Below, one piece after another: positions 38,614 through 48,619 of a stretch of 64,000 nt of DNA (within the stretch, counting starts at the first letter, position 1; every line of letters starts with the position of its first letter). Source of the DNA: Patescibacteria group bacterium (GTDB lineage: Bacteria > Patescibacteriota > Minisyncoccia > UBA6257 > HR35); NCBI GenBank assembly GCA_030549845.1, contig JAUQQN010000001.1, positions 234,838 to 298,837 of the forward strand. Reading direction: 5' to 3'. A program made the translations under genes and the position numbers. The notes beneath the pieces were generated by a model. It had not been told where the DNA came from. It saw nothing but the letters and a program-made list of their open reading frames with translations, and ran no database searches.

Positions 38614-39963
38614 TTATTCATTTAAAATCCTGTTCTTTAAAACTTCTATTTCTTGAAATAAATCGAAGCTTTCTTGAATTTCTTTTTCAATTTTTTCGCA
38701 AGAATATAAAACTGTTGTATGGTCTCTTTTGTTTAATAATTCACCTATTGAATTATAAGATAATTTCCCTATTTCTCTTAATAAATACATTGCAACTTGT
38801 CTTGGTTTAATGAGTTCCTTTTTCCTTATTTTTTTAGTTAAATCTTCTTCTTTTATATTGTAAAATTCAGCTACTATTTTGAGAATTTTTTTAGGTGAAA
38901 TAGTTTTTATATTATGCCTTTGATATTCTTTAATAAGAGTTTCAATTTTTTCTGGTGTAGCATCCTTTAAAGACCTTAATTTAAAAGCGGTATAATTTAA
39001 AGCTCCTTCTAGCTCTCTTATATTTTTTGTAATTTTTTGAGCAATTATTTCTAAAATATAATCCGGTAAATAATAAGCCCTTTCTTGGTTTTTAAGTCTT
39101 AAAATAGCAAATCTTGTTTCAAAATCAGGAGGTGTAATATCTATTACTAAACCACCTTCAAATCTAGATTGTAGTCTTTCTTCAATATCAGGTATCATTT
39201 TAGGAGGTCTATCTGATGAAAAAACTATTTGTTTTCTTGCATTATATAACTCATTAAATGTATGAAAAAGCTCTTCTTGTGATTTGGTTTTACCTGAAAG
39301 AAAATGGACATCATCTAAAATTAGAACATCAACTTCTCTAAACTTCTGCCTAAATTCTTCTATATTTTGGTTTTTTAATGTATTTATAAGCTCATTAGTA
39401 AATTGTTCTGTTGTAGCATACCTCACTTTTTTAGTTGTGCTGTATTTTTTGACAATTTCATTCCCAATTGCTTGTAAAAGATGTGTTTTACCTAAACCAA
39501 CTCCACCCCAAATAAAAAGAGGATTAAATTTTTCACCCAAATTATTTACTACACCTTGCGCAGCTGCAAACGCTAACTCATTATTACTTCCTACTACAAA
39601 ATTTTCAAAAGTATATTTTGGATTAAGGTTAGTAGAAGGGCTTACCTCAAAAATTGTTATTTTTTGACTAAAAAGATATTTTCTAATTCTTGTCTTTTTA
39701 ACTTCATTGCTGCTTATTATGTATTCTATTGATTTAAGTTCTTTAAAAACTTCTTTAGCTGTTTTTAATAAAATTACATGGAATTTATTTTCTAACCAAT
39801 TTTTCACTAGTTTATTAGGAACTTCTAGTTGTAATATTCCGTTTAAAATCTGAAGAGGTACAACATTACTAAACCAAGTTTTAATTGTTGGTTTTGATAC
39901 TCTTTCTTCTAAAATTGTTATAATTTTTTGCCAACCAGTATTTAAATCAAGTTTATCTTCCAT
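38614..39963 (-). CDS. dnaA: Chromosomal replication initiator protein DnaA
   Basis: AAA+ Walker A GGVGLGKTHLLQAIGNE, Walker B VLILDDVHFL, and a C-terminal DNA-binding helix region. Confidence 0.9.
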   Translation of the reverse strand: MEDKLDLNTGWQKIITILEERVSKPTIKTWFSNVVPLQILNGILQLEVPNKLVKNWLENKFHVILLKTAKEVFKELKSIEYIISSNEVKKTRIRKYLFSQKITIFEVSPSTNLNPKYTFENFVVGSNNELAFAAAQGVVNNLGEKFNPLFIWGGVGLGKTHLLQAIGNEIVKKYSTTKKVRYATTEQFTNELINTLKNQNIEEFRQKFREVDVLILDDVHFLSGKTKSQEELFHTFNELYNARKQIVFSSDRPPKMIPDIEERLQSRFEGGLVIDITPPDFETRFAILRLKNQERAYYLPDYILEIIAQKITKNIRELEGALNYTAFKLRSLKDATPEKIETLIKEYQRHNIKTISPKKILKIVAEFYNIKEEDLTKKIRKKELIKPRQVAMYLLREIGKLSYNSIGELLNKRDHTTVLYSCEKIEKEIQESFDLFQEIEVLKNRILNE

Positions 39964-39998
39964 ATTTTAAAAATTATATTATAATAAATTTACTGGGA

Positions 39999-40115
39999 AT
40001 GAATACGGTTAAAAAGAAAAAAAAGAAAACAGGATTTTTAGCAAGGTCAAGTTATAAAGCAGGGAGAAAAATTTTGCAGAGAAGAAGGAGAAAAGGTAGG
40101 AAAAGATTAGCTTAA
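39999..40115 (+). CDS. rpmH: 50S ribosomal protein L34
   Basis: My translation: MNTVKKKKKKTGFLARSSYKAGRKILQRRRRKGRKRLA (cf. E. coli ...[30 protein letters not shown]). It is divergent from dnaA and below the ORF-track size cut-off. Confidence 0.85.
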   Translation: MNTVKKKKKKTGFLARSSYKAGRKILQRRRRKGRKRLA

Positions 40116-40453
40116 TGCTTCCGAAAAAATATAAATTAAAGAAAATAGACTTTGAAAATATTTTTAAAGTGGCGAAAAAATTTAATAATGAATATTTTGT
40201 GGTTTTAAAAGTAAATAAATTAGAAAAAAAATTTGGAGTATTTCCAAGTTTAAAAGAATTTAAAAAGGCGGTAGAGAGAAATAAAATCAAAAGGAGGATA
40301 TTTGAAATTATAAGATTAAATTTTGATAAAATACCTTTAGGGTGGTTTTTAATTTTTCCAAAAAAGAATTGTTTAAAATTAAACTTTGAAGAATTAAAGA
40401 AAAAATTGTTAGAAATAATTATTAACATAAAATCCACAAATTATTCACAATGA
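40115..40453 (+). CDS. rnpA: Ribonuclease P protein component
   Basis: KAVERNKIKRRIFEII RnpA motif. It overlaps the rpmH stop (TAATG). Confidence 0.85.
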   Translation: MLPKKYKLKKIDFENIFKVAKKFNNEYFVVLKVNKLEKKFGVFPSLKEFKKAVERNKIKRRIFEIIRLNFDKIPLGWFLIFPKKNCLKLNFEELKKKLLEIIINIKSTNYSQ

Positions 40454-41076
40454 AAGAAATTTTTTACGGAATTTTCGTTCATCCGCTTGTAGTTATTCTT
40501 TTAACTATTTATTTGTTTTTGAATGATTTTGGAATCACGATAATTTTAATGAGTCTTTTGTTAAAAATATTTTTAAGTCCACTTTCTTTTTTACAATATT
40601 TGGAAGAGAAGAAACTAAAAAAAATACGGGAAAGAGTTAATAAGGAAACTATAAATATAAAAGATTTTATAAAAAAAGTTGAAATTATGAATAAAATTTA
40701 CGAAGAAGAAAAATTCAGTCCATTTAAAAATATTTTGATTAACTTTTCTTTAATTCCATTTTACTTAGGAGCAATTCTAGCAATTTATGAATTAGTTAAA
40801 ACAATCCCAAACGCTTTATTTTTGAATTATGTAAATTTACTAAAACCGAATATTTATCTGGCTTTTATCACAACATTTTTTAATTTTTATTATGCTTATA
40901 ACCAACCAGGAGAAAATAGGAAAATTATGTTTTTTATTTTTGGAGTGCTTTCAGTAATACTTTTTACTTTACCATCCTTTTTAATTTTATATATATTAAC
41001 TTCGATTATTTTGAGTTTTTTAGAGAGAAAGATTTTCGATTGGTACTACGTAAAGTTTATTATCAAATCTGTTTAA
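40450..41076 (+). CDS. yidC: Membrane protein insertase YidC/Oxa1 family (short form)
   Basis: FGITIILMSLLLKIFLSPLSFLQY...MNKIYEEEKFSPFKNILINFSLIPFYLGAILAIY matches the YidC/SpoIIIJ core. Position after rnpA. Confidence 0.7.
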   Translation: MKEIFYGIFVHPLVVILLTIYLFLNDFGITIILMSLLLKIFLSPLSFLQYLEEKKLKKIRERVNKETINIKDFIKKVEIMNKIYEEEKFSPFKNILINFSLIPFYLGAILAIYELVKTIPNALFLNYVNLLKPNIYLAFITTFFNFYYAYNQPGENRKIMFFIFGVLSVILFTLPSFLILYILTSIILSFLERKIFDWYYVKFIIKSV

Positions 41077-42099
41077 AAATATTACACCTAAAGGAGTTAT
41101 AACAGGTTGTAAAATATCAAATTTTCCATCTAAATCAAAATACTTAAGTTCGTTTTTAATTGGATCAAAAATTACTAATCTATCATTAAAGTTTTCTTTG
41201 TAATAATACCACCTTGTTAAATCAGTGATAGACTGATTTAAGGGAACGCCACAAACAAGCTTTGTTTTAAATGTACATTTTTCTTTTAATGTTCCAAAAT
41301 TGAATTCTTTAAGTTTAATCCCTTTTGAGTTAATTAAATAACTTTTCCATTCTTTTTCTAATAAAGAAACAAAAATCAAGTCTTTTTTGTTAGATAATGC
41401 ACTTAAATTAATGCCATTTTCTAATAAAATTGTTTTTTCTCCTCTTTTGTTAATAAGAATTAATGGTGAAGAATATGTATATTTTAAGTTTTCATAAACT
41501 AAGATACCATTCTCAATTACATCAAACTCAGGGTTTAAAATATAAATATCTACAAAAGGTTCTAGAGATTTTTTAAAGGTTGCTAAATAAGAAAATTCAT
41601 TTGTTAATACATAGATATATAAATCATCTCCATACCAAAATGTTTTTTTAGTGCTTCTTGGAAGTTTTTCTATTCTATCTTTTGTGGTATCTAATAAATA
41701 ATAATCTTCATCTTTTTTAAAAATAATTTTCGTTTTTGAATTAGAAAAAGAGATATTTTTAATACCCTCTTTTTTATAAAATTCTTTATAAGTTTTATCT
41801 TCTATATTTATTTCTTTAATAGTTTTTGACTCTGGATCATAAGCATATATATAAGGATAATCTATTTCAGGATATAATAAAATTTTTTCATAAAGAATAT
41901 TAGGTTTTTTTACTTCTTTTTGTTCAATTCCTCCAACCGAAGGAGAAGGCTCTTCGATACTTTCTTCTATAGTTTTTTCTTCTGTTATTTTAATTTCCTC
42001 AGGTTGTTTTGGTTTCAATTCTTTATAAAAGTAAAAAATAAAGCTTATGAATAAGATCAAAACTAAAACGAAGAAAATTTTTTTAACTGTACCTATCAT
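41020..42099 (-). CDS. Hypothetical N-terminally anchored extracytoplasmic protein (first gene of the T4SS-like block in coordinate order)
   Basis: N-terminal TM helix, then a beta-rich 330-aa domain. No motif recognised. Confidence 0.45.
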   Translation of the reverse strand: MIGTVKKIFFVLVLILFISFIFYFYKELKPKQPEEIKITEEKTIEESIEEPSPSVGGIEQKEVKKPNILYEKILLYPEIDYPYIYAYDPESKTIKEINIEDKTYKEFYKKEGIKNISFSNSKTKIIFKKDEDYYLLDTTKDRIEKLPRSTKKTFWYGDDLYIYVLTNEFSYLATFKKSLEPFVDIYILNPEFDVIENGILVYENLKYTYSSPLILINKRGEKTILLENGINLSALSNKKDLIFVSLLEKEWKSYLINSKGIKLKEFNFGTLKEKCTFKTKLVCGVPLNQSITDLTRWYYYKENFNDRLVIFDPIKNELKYFDLDGKFDILQPVITPLGVIFLNRFDNKLYVVPIENLSL

Positions 42100-42728
42100 T
42101 TTTTTCTTTTTATAAAATAAATTATAAGAACAAAAACCAAAATAGCCCCAATTGTTGCTAAAGTTATCAAAAAAATATTAGAGAAAATTTTAGAAGGCAA
42201 GGGAATTTCTTTTTCAGTAGTTTTTGTTACCACTTTAAATTGTGTGGTTATAGGAACTAACTCCTTTATTGGTTGAGAAAATGGATAATTTGGGTTTTTT
42301 GCTGTTTTACAATCTAAGGGACATAAATTTTCTTCTCCTGGTTCACATATATTATTTTCATTACAAATTGTTAACCCTGATAAATCTAAATTTTCTTTTT
42401 GGTTATTTTTTGCATTGATTAGTTCTATTTTACTTAAATTTAAATAATTAGGAATTGTAATAAAATCAAAATAAGGTTCATTACTGGGAGAAAAATAAAT
42501 TATATCAATAATCTGATTTTTAGTGTTATAAATTAAAAGCAAATAATCTTTGCCATTTCTATTTACAGTTTCATTACTGTTATTTGAATATTCTGCTCCT
42601 TTAAAATAATTGAATTTTATTTCATTATTTTCTTTAATAAAATAGATAGTTAAAAATTTAGGAAATTCTGTTTCTCCCGTTTCGCTTTCTTCAAGTTCTT
42701 CAGGTAAAATTGTTAATATTTTTTTCAT
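42096..42728 (-). CDS. Hypothetical protein with C-terminal membrane anchor
   Basis: C-terminus IPLPSKIFSNIFLITLATIGAILVFVLIIYFIKRKK (TM followed by a basic tail). Cys-rich stretch CNENNICEPGEENLCPLDC. Confidence 0.45.
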   Translation of the reverse strand: MKKILTILPEELEESETGETEFPKFLTIYFIKENNEIKFNYFKGAEYSNNSNETVNRNGKDYLLLIYNTKNQIIDIIYFSPSNEPYFDFITIPNYLNLSKIELINAKNNQKENLDLSGLTICNENNICEPGEENLCPLDCKTAKNPNYPFSQPIKELVPITTQFKVVTKTTEKEIPLPSKIFSNIFLITLATIGAILVFVLIIYFIKRKK

Positions 42729-42742
42729 AGATTTATTTTAAA

Positions 42743-43837
42743 TTACTTAAGGTTAACTTTACCAATTTTACAGACTGTTATATAAGAAGGTTTTATTGAT
42801 GTGGCATTATTTAAATCTCCTTTACCGAAACCAGCAAATAGATCCAACCAAGCATCAGCTCCATTTTTTAACCCACCACCTGTATCAGTAACTATCAAAA
42901 TTTTACTGAAATTAGGATTACAAGAAATTTGAGTCCCATCTTTTTTATTGCACGCTAAAACCTTTAGGATATCAAAAGCATTAAAAACCATATCATTTCT
43001 ATTATGAGCTACAGTTATAAGAGGAATTAATGGGCCATAACTTCCATAAATTTTCCCAGTAAATGACTTTCCAACACTATCTGCTGTAGTTATAGCTTTG
43101 TTTTCATCTAAAACATCTTTGTTCTTAATTGATTCTTTTTGGGATGACATTGCTGCAGGACAATTATGAGGAGGATTTCCTGTGACTTTAATCCAAGTCC
43201 ATTTCCAACCATATCTACATTTATCTAATTCTTCCCCTGATTTTTTAGATTCATTTAAAATTTGTATCCCATCCAAGGCATTTAATACTTTCTTTGTTCC
43301 AGCAGATCCAAATAACCCTGTTCCTTGCAGGGTGACATCAGAAGAAAACTTATGCCAATTATATGTATCTTCATAAAAAGGAATATAATAAGTTGTTAAT
43401 CTAACCAAATAATTTTTAGATTTACATTCTCTTTGTTGTAATTGATTTATTTCTTCTTGCGGAATTCCTGTAACAGATATGGTGTAATCTAAATAATTTA
43501 TAGTAGTAGTGGTAACAGCAACATTTATTGATGGAAGTTGAATGTTAATTATTTTAAACATTATTAATCTTGCATTAAATATTTCTGGGTTTATCCAATA
43601 AAGCAAAACACCAGAAGAAAAAATAACAATTAAGCCTATAATAGAATTTCTCATCTGTCTTTTGCCTTCCATTTTTATATCAGGCACAACACTTAATAAG
43701 TTCTTAAAAGCTCCTATAAAAAACATAATAAAAGCAATAACAACAGCTAAAGCTACTATTAAGTTATAAATAGCTTGAATACATCCTTGTATAGTAACAC
43801 AACTTGAAGCAATAAACTGTTGTATATCTGGTATCAT
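42743..43837 (-). CDS. Membrane-anchored protein with a C-terminal 3D-like (MltA-fold) domain; putative peptidoglycan hydrolase of the T4SS-like cluster
   Basis: Long hydrophobic N-terminal segment (QAIYNLIVALAVVIAFIMFFIGAF). C-terminus VRLTTYYIPFYEDTY...ILIVTDTGGGLKNGADAWLDLFAGFGK resembles the 3D-domain blocks TAY...DTGGAIKG..IDLF. Confidence 0.5.
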   Translation of the reverse strand: MIPDIQQFIASSCVTIQGCIQAIYNLIVALAVVIAFIMFFIGAFKNLLSVVPDIKMEGKRQMRNSIIGLIVIFSSGVLLYWINPEIFNARLIMFKIINIQLPSINVAVTTTTINYLDYTISVTGIPQEEINQLQQRECKSKNYLVRLTTYYIPFYEDTYNWHKFSSDVTLQGTGLFGSAGTKKVLNALDGIQILNESKKSGEELDKCRYGWKWTWIKVTGNPPHNCPAAMSSQKESIKNKDVLDENKAITTADSVGKSFTGKIYGSYGPLIPLITVAHNRNDMVFNAFDILKVLACNKKDGTQISCNPNFSKILIVTDTGGGLKNGADAWLDLFAGFGKGDLNNATSIKPSYITVCKIGKVNLK

Positions 43838-44544
43838 TTTTCTATTTTTATTTGGTCTGAGCTAAATTCAATTGGATTATCTATATTTGTAACAATAACC
43901 TTTACTTCGCTTCCATTTTCGAGCCCTTCGGGATCAAATAAAAGGCTGTAATAAAATTTATTAAAAACATTCCAAGCAATTGATAAGTTATCTGAAGAAA
44001 AATTAAATGTCAAAGGAAAAAGTTTTTCATTTTTTTCGATTCTTCCAAAAGGCAAAACTACATTAAGTTCTTCTAAGTACCTTACAATAGAAACAGCAGG
44101 CAAATTTTTTTGTTTAAAAACAAAACTATATTTCTTGTCAAAACTTAAATCATTTGAATAAATTCTTACTTTTCCTGAAAGAAGTTTATTTTTTGATTCG
44201 AAGTGCAAAAGTGGTTTATGGGTCTCATACGTTGCTTGGCTTCCTTCAAAAAATAATACCCATTCATAATTTAATAAATCAGGCTTATATTTAGAAAAAT
44301 CTGCTTCAATTCCTATTAAATACTTATCTCCATTTTTCTGAAACGAAAAATAAGCAAAATCTTTTTGAGAAAAAACAAGGCTATAAGAAAAAAGCGAGAA
44401 AATAAAAATTATGAGTAAAATTTTAATAAATTGTGAATTAATTTTCATAAAATTATTATAAAATATCAAATGGTTTCTCCAATTACTTCTTCTTGTTGCT
44501 TTTTTACTTCTTTCTTTAATGACCTTAATCTTTTCACTCTCCAA
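43834..44544 (-). CDS. Hypothetical N-terminally anchored protein
   Basis: 236-aa ORF with an N-terminal TM helix. No motif. Confidence 0.4.
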   Translation of the reverse strand: MESEKIKVIKERSKKATRRSNWRNHLIFYNNFMKINSQFIKILLIIFIFSLFSYSLVFSQKDFAYFSFQKNGDKYLIGIEADFSKYKPDLLNYEWVLFFEGSQATYETHKPLLHFESKNKLLSGKVRIYSNDLSFDKKYSFVFKQKNLPAVSIVRYLEELNVVLPFGRIEKNEKLFPLTFNFSSDNLSIAWNVFNKFYYSLLFDPEGLENGSEVKVIVTNIDNPIEFSSDQIKIEK

Positions 44545-45005
44545 AGCCTTCCTCTAGAAACTAGCATTGTTAATGTTTTTATTGGAGCAATTTCTATTAA
44601 GCTTCCTATTATTGGAATAAAACCAAAGAATTCTATCGCAACTAAGAAAACATAAACACCTCCTTCAATTTGAGAAAGGTATCCATTTTTAGTATAATAA
44701 AATATCAAATATAAAAACAGTAAGGCTCCAGGTATCTCAAAAATCAAAGGAATGATTCCTAAAATACTTAAAGCTCCTGCACTTGCTAACCCTATTATAC
44801 TAAATATAAATTCAAAAATATCTGCTGTTATTAATAAAATAAAGCTTAGATACCAAATCCAGCTTATATAATGAGGTTCTTCCTCTTCTTCAGTTGTCTC
44901 TTCAAATTTTTTTAATCTTCCTGATTTTTGTAAATAATCTTCTTTTTTCTCTTCGGTGTAATCTAATTTTTTAATTTCAGAATTTGTTTCAAACACTGCC
45001 TTCAT
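44466..45005 (-). CDS. Small polytopic membrane protein immediately upstream of the VirB4-like ATPase
   Basis: Acidic N-terminus, then three to four TM helices (ISWIWYLSFILLITADIFEFIFSIIGLASAGALSILGIIPLIF...). Confidence 0.45.
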   Translation of the reverse strand: MKAVFETNSEIKKLDYTEEKKEDYLQKSGRLKKFEETTEEEEEPHYISWIWYLSFILLITADIFEFIFSIIGLASAGALSILGIIPLIFEIPGALLFLYLIFYYTKNGYLSQIEGGVYVFLVAIEFFGFIPIIGSLIEIAPIKTLTMLVSRGRLWRVKRLRSLKKEVKKQQEEVIGETI

Positions 45006-46798
45006 TGATTTTTCAAAGCTTCTTTTATTGCCATTAATTGCTCTAGGGAAGCTTTAATTATTTGATCTTCAGCATAAGATGCTAAAACATACAAAGGAAT
45101 TCTTTTAAGACCAGCAATTAAAATTCCTCTTCCTCTTTCAGCTTGTATTAAAAATCTTTTTTCGCCTTCAGATAAGGCAAATACTTGGCCTACTGTATCA
45201 ATTGTTGTTGGTGATTGTTTCATTAAAAATGTAAGTGCAGAGTTTGTAATTATAGGCTTACCATAAGGAGAGCTCAAAAAATCATCTATATCTTGAGTTA
45301 TTGTGGTTATTCCTAAAAGATATTTCCTACCTCTTTTTATTGCATTAAGCAAAAAATTAGCACCTGATTCATTTTTCATTATCCACCATGCTTCATCTAT
45401 TATTAAAATTCTTTTCTTTCTTTCTCTTCTTATTTTATTCATTAAATCATTCAAAACAATATACATACCAATAGGTCTTAACTCTTCTACTAAATCTTTA
45501 AACCCAAAAACAACTATTCTCTTTTTAAGATCAACATTTGTTGGTTGATTAATAAAACCACTAAAACTACCCTGAGTAAATGGATATAATTTTTCAGCTA
45601 TAGACTTACCTCCTTCTATACTTAAAAGAACTTTTTCTAAGTCATTTAATGTAGGGAAAACTTCTATTTTTCCAAAATCTGTATCAGGTAAAATATTAAA
45701 GGAAGCATACGTTTGGCTTATTGCTCTATCTAATATAGTAAGTTCTTCTGCGTTAAATTTCTCACCTGCTATAACTTCTAAAAGTCCAATTATATCACTA
45801 ACTTTTTCTTTGTATACATCTTCAGGATTTTCTCCCTCAAGTAAAGGAGGTAAATCAAGAGGGTTAATTTTGTGCTCTGATCTTAAAGAAATTGGTATAA
45901 AAGATCCTCCATAAACTTCAGCTATTGATTGATATTCATTTTCTGGGTCTAACACAATGACATCTTGCCCCATCATTAGATTTCTCATAATTTCAATTTT
46001 TGCAGTATAACTTTTACCTGATCCTGATCTTGCTAAAATTACCATATGAGCATTCTCAAAAGCAAATCTATCGAGAAGAACCAGGGAGTTGTCTTGCAAA
46101 TTAATACCCATCAAAATTCCTTTTTCCATAGACAATTCTGATGAGATAAATGGGAAAAATGAACTTGCGGCAGATGAGTTCATTACATATTCTATTTGAA
46201 GTCTATTAGAATTAAGAGGTAGTGTTGAAAAGAAAGCATCTTCTTGTTCAAATATAATTGGTTTTGCAACAATTAAATTACTTTCTAAAATTTTTATAAT
46301 TCTTTTTTCTTTTAATAATAATTCATCTTTATCTTCAGAAAATATAGTAAGATATAAAGCAACATTAAATATCTTTTCTCTTCCTTGTACTATAGCATCC
46401 CTTAATTCCTCTATATCATTGTAGGCTGTTTCAAGTTGTGGGTCTCTAGGCAAGCCTTTTTCTTCAATTTCTATTAATTGACTTTCTACTCTTAAAAGCT
46501 GTTTTTGTAATTGCTTAAGAATAACTCCAGGATCTCTAGGAACAAAATAAATCGAAAGATTAAAAGGCTCTTCTAATGCTAAAAGATTTTCTAACCAACC
46601 AGCAAACAAAAATCTTGGATAAGTAATTATAGCTATAACCTTTCCATAAACTTCTCCTATTTGAAAATCAGATACCCCAAATAAAGCTCCTGGAGGGGCT
46701 ATTATATTTTTTATTTTCTCAAAACCTTTTGCCTCCTCGATTTTAACGATAGGAATCCCTTTATTTGTTTGTTGGAAAAATGGTAATTTGAATGCCAT
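45002..46798 (-). CDS. VirB4/TrbE/CagE-family type IV secretion ATPase (short, 598 aa)
   Basis: Walker A VILARSGSGKSYTAKIE, Walker B RILIIDEAWWIMK, C-terminal ITTITQDIDDF, and an N-terminal VirB4-like domain. Confidence 0.8.
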   Translation of the reverse strand: MAFKLPFFQQTNKGIPIVKIEEAKGFEKIKNIIAPPGALFGVSDFQIGEVYGKVIAIITYPRFLFAGWLENLLALEEPFNLSIYFVPRDPGVILKQLQKQLLRVESQLIEIEEKGLPRDPQLETAYNDIEELRDAIVQGREKIFNVALYLTIFSEDKDELLLKEKRIIKILESNLIVAKPIIFEQEDAFFSTLPLNSNRLQIEYVMNSSAASSFFPFISSELSMEKGILMGINLQDNSLVLLDRFAFENAHMVILARSGSGKSYTAKIEIMRNLMMGQDVIVLDPENEYQSIAEVYGGSFIPISLRSEHKINPLDLPPLLEGENPEDVYKEKVSDIIGLLEVIAGEKFNAEELTILDRAISQTYASFNILPDTDFGKIEVFPTLNDLEKVLLSIEGGKSIAEKLYPFTQGSFSGFINQPTNVDLKKRIVVFGFKDLVEELRPIGMYIVLNDLMNKIRRERKKRILIIDEAWWIMKNESGANFLLNAIKRGRKYLLGITTITQDIDDFLSSPYGKPIITNSALTFLMKQSPTTIDTVGQVFALSEGEKRFLIQAERGRGILIAGLKRIPLYVLASYAEDQIIKASLEQLMAIKEALKNQ

Positions 46799-47427
46799 TA
46801 TTCCTCTAATGACTCTATTAATTCTTCAAACAATTTTATTGGAGCAAGCCCCCATCTTAAGCTAGGATTGTACATCTCATACAAAAGCTGCAAAAGTTCA
46901 TAATTATTTAATCTTATTGGTTGAAGTCCAATAGCAGAAAGTTTTTCTGTTATATAAATAACCCTAGTCTCTAATTGCTCTAATTTTGTATAAAATTCCT
47001 CTTCTTTAATTTTTGTTTTTTTACCAAATTTTTTTATTTCAATTACTTCTCCCTCATATGGTACAACAATATAAAATATTTTTTTCATTATTTTGTGGGT
47101 TTCTACATAGCTTTGTATAAATTTAATGTATTCTTCTAGTTGTAATTTAATCAATGGTTCATCTTCTACTTCAAGTCTTTCTTTTAAGTAATTTAAATAA
47201 CCCTCTATATACGCATACCTTGAAACAACTAATATTTGTAAATTAAAATCTAGCCCATCTAGAAATTCTTTAAAAGCACCAACTACTGCTTCCTTTTCTT
47301 GTTCTGAAAGTAATGTAAAATTAATTCCCGGAACAGCTAAAATAGCTCTTAAACTTCCATCTTCTAATATAAGAGTGTCATTTTTTATATCTTTTACTTG
47401 TATTAAAGATGCAGTTGTTTTTACCAT
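46798..47427 (-). CDS. Hypothetical cytoplasmic protein within the T4SS-like cluster
   Basis: 209 aa, no TM, no motif. Confidence 0.4.
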   Translation of the reverse strand: MVKTTASLIQVKDIKNDTLILEDGSLRAILAVPGINFTLLSEQEKEAVVGAFKEFLDGLDFNLQILVVSRYAYIEGYLNYLKERLEVEDEPLIKLQLEEYIKFIQSYVETHKIMKKIFYIVVPYEGEVIEIKKFGKKTKIKEEEFYTKLEQLETRVIYITEKLSAIGLQPIRLNNYELLQLLYEMYNPSLRWGLAPIKLFEELIESLEE

Positions 47428-47948
47428 CTTCTTTTAGGAAATTTTGGAATAGGGAAATTAATATAAGGATTAAAAGGATTATAACCTCTTTCTATAGCTT
47501 TTTTTACATATACAGCTAAAGATTTATTTACTTCTTTTTCTTCTTTTGGTTTTTCATAACTTACAAGAGGGAGCTCTTTTTGTGTTTCAGTTTCTGTTAT
47601 TTCTTCTAATTCAATATATTTTTCTAAGAGAGGAGATTTTATATATTGAGTAGTAATTTTAACTTCTTCTTTCCATATATATTTTTTAGGAGATAATAGA
47701 ATCATGATAAGTTTTGGAAGAAAGGCATAAATATATTTATTATTTATTTTCAACCAACCTATAATAAAAGCTGCTAAAACAATAATTCCAGAAAGAAATA
47801 CTGCAATAAAGCCACCAAATAATTTAAATGTAGCAAAGGATAACAAAAATGCCCCAAAACTTATAAAAAGCTGAGGAAATGTAAAAGAAATCATTCCTAA
47901 ACGTAATTTATCTTCTATTGTTATATATTGTGGTACACTAAATCTCAT
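47421..47948 (-). CDS. PrgI-family (VirB3-like) small membrane protein
   Basis: MRFSVPQYITIEDKLRLGMISFTFPQLFISFGAFLLSF matches the PrgI N-terminal pattern (VP..I...EDKL..GLT.RQ) followed by two TM helices. Upstream of the VirB4-like gene, as in Gram-positive conjugative T4SS. Confidence 0.55.
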   Translation of the reverse strand: MRFSVPQYITIEDKLRLGMISFTFPQLFISFGAFLLSFATFKLFGGFIAVFLSGIIVLAAFIIGWLKINNKYIYAFLPKLIMILLSPKKYIWKEEVKITTQYIKSPLLEKYIELEEITETETQKELPLVSYEKPKEEKEVNKSLAVYVKKAIERGYNPFNPYINFPIPKFPKRRW

Positions 47949-47956
47949 TAAAATAA

Positions 47957-48595
47957 TTATAAATTAGAAAGATCTAAAACTTCTCCCTCTTTTTTTTCTT
48001 CTTTTGGTTTTTTGATTACCACAATTTTAGAAGATATATCCTCAGTTGGCTTAGGAGGCTCCCAAGAAATCGTTTGTTTTATATCAATTGTAGATTTAGG
48101 AACTTCTGTCTTTATTTGTTGGAGTTTAGATAAATCTATGGGAGTAGTTGGCTTAGGAACCTCGATTGCTTCTTTTGTTTTTACTACTTTTTGTAAATTT
48201 AGAATTTTTTGTGGTGGAACTTCTTTGGCTTTCTGTATTAGATCAATCACTTCTTTTGGCACTTCTTTTTTGATTTTTTGAGTCTTTTCTTTCTCTTCTT
48301 TCCATAATGGTTCTACAAGTGGCAGGAATCTTGCTTTTATATGATATTCTAATTGTTTAGCTTTTTCTGTATCATAATTTAATCTATTTCTAATAATTTC
48401 CGTTAAGCTTTCTTTTTCTAAATCAAATCTTTTTATTGCTAAATCTTGCAATAAATAAATAAATTCAACCTCATATTCATCACTAATTTCAAATTTCTTT
48501 TTATATTCTTCAAAAAAAGAATAAAAATCATCAGAATATAAAAATTCTTTTACTCTATCTGGTGCTTCTGTATATGCATCTATAAATGATTTCAT
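47957..48595 (-). CDS. Hypothetical protein
   Basis: 212 aa with a K/E-rich C-terminal half. No motif. Confidence 0.4.
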   Translation of the reverse strand: MKSFIDAYTEAPDRVKEFLYSDDFYSFFEEYKKKFEISDEYEVEFIYLLQDLAIKRFDLEKESLTEIIRNRLNYDTEKAKQLEYHIKARFLPLVEPLWKEEKEKTQKIKKEVPKEVIDLIQKAKEVPPQKILNLQKVVKTKEAIEVPKPTTPIDLSKLQQIKTEVPKSTIDIKQTISWEPPKPTEDISSKIVVIKKPKEEKKEGEVLDLSNL

Positions 48596-48619
48596 TTTTA
48601 AATATTATAAAAATAAATT

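Noticed and set aside
40009-40437. 142-aa minus-strand ORF rich in F/K/N
   Set aside because: It is antisense to the conserved rpmH and rnpA genes. The low-complexity translation is an artefact of AT-rich DNA.
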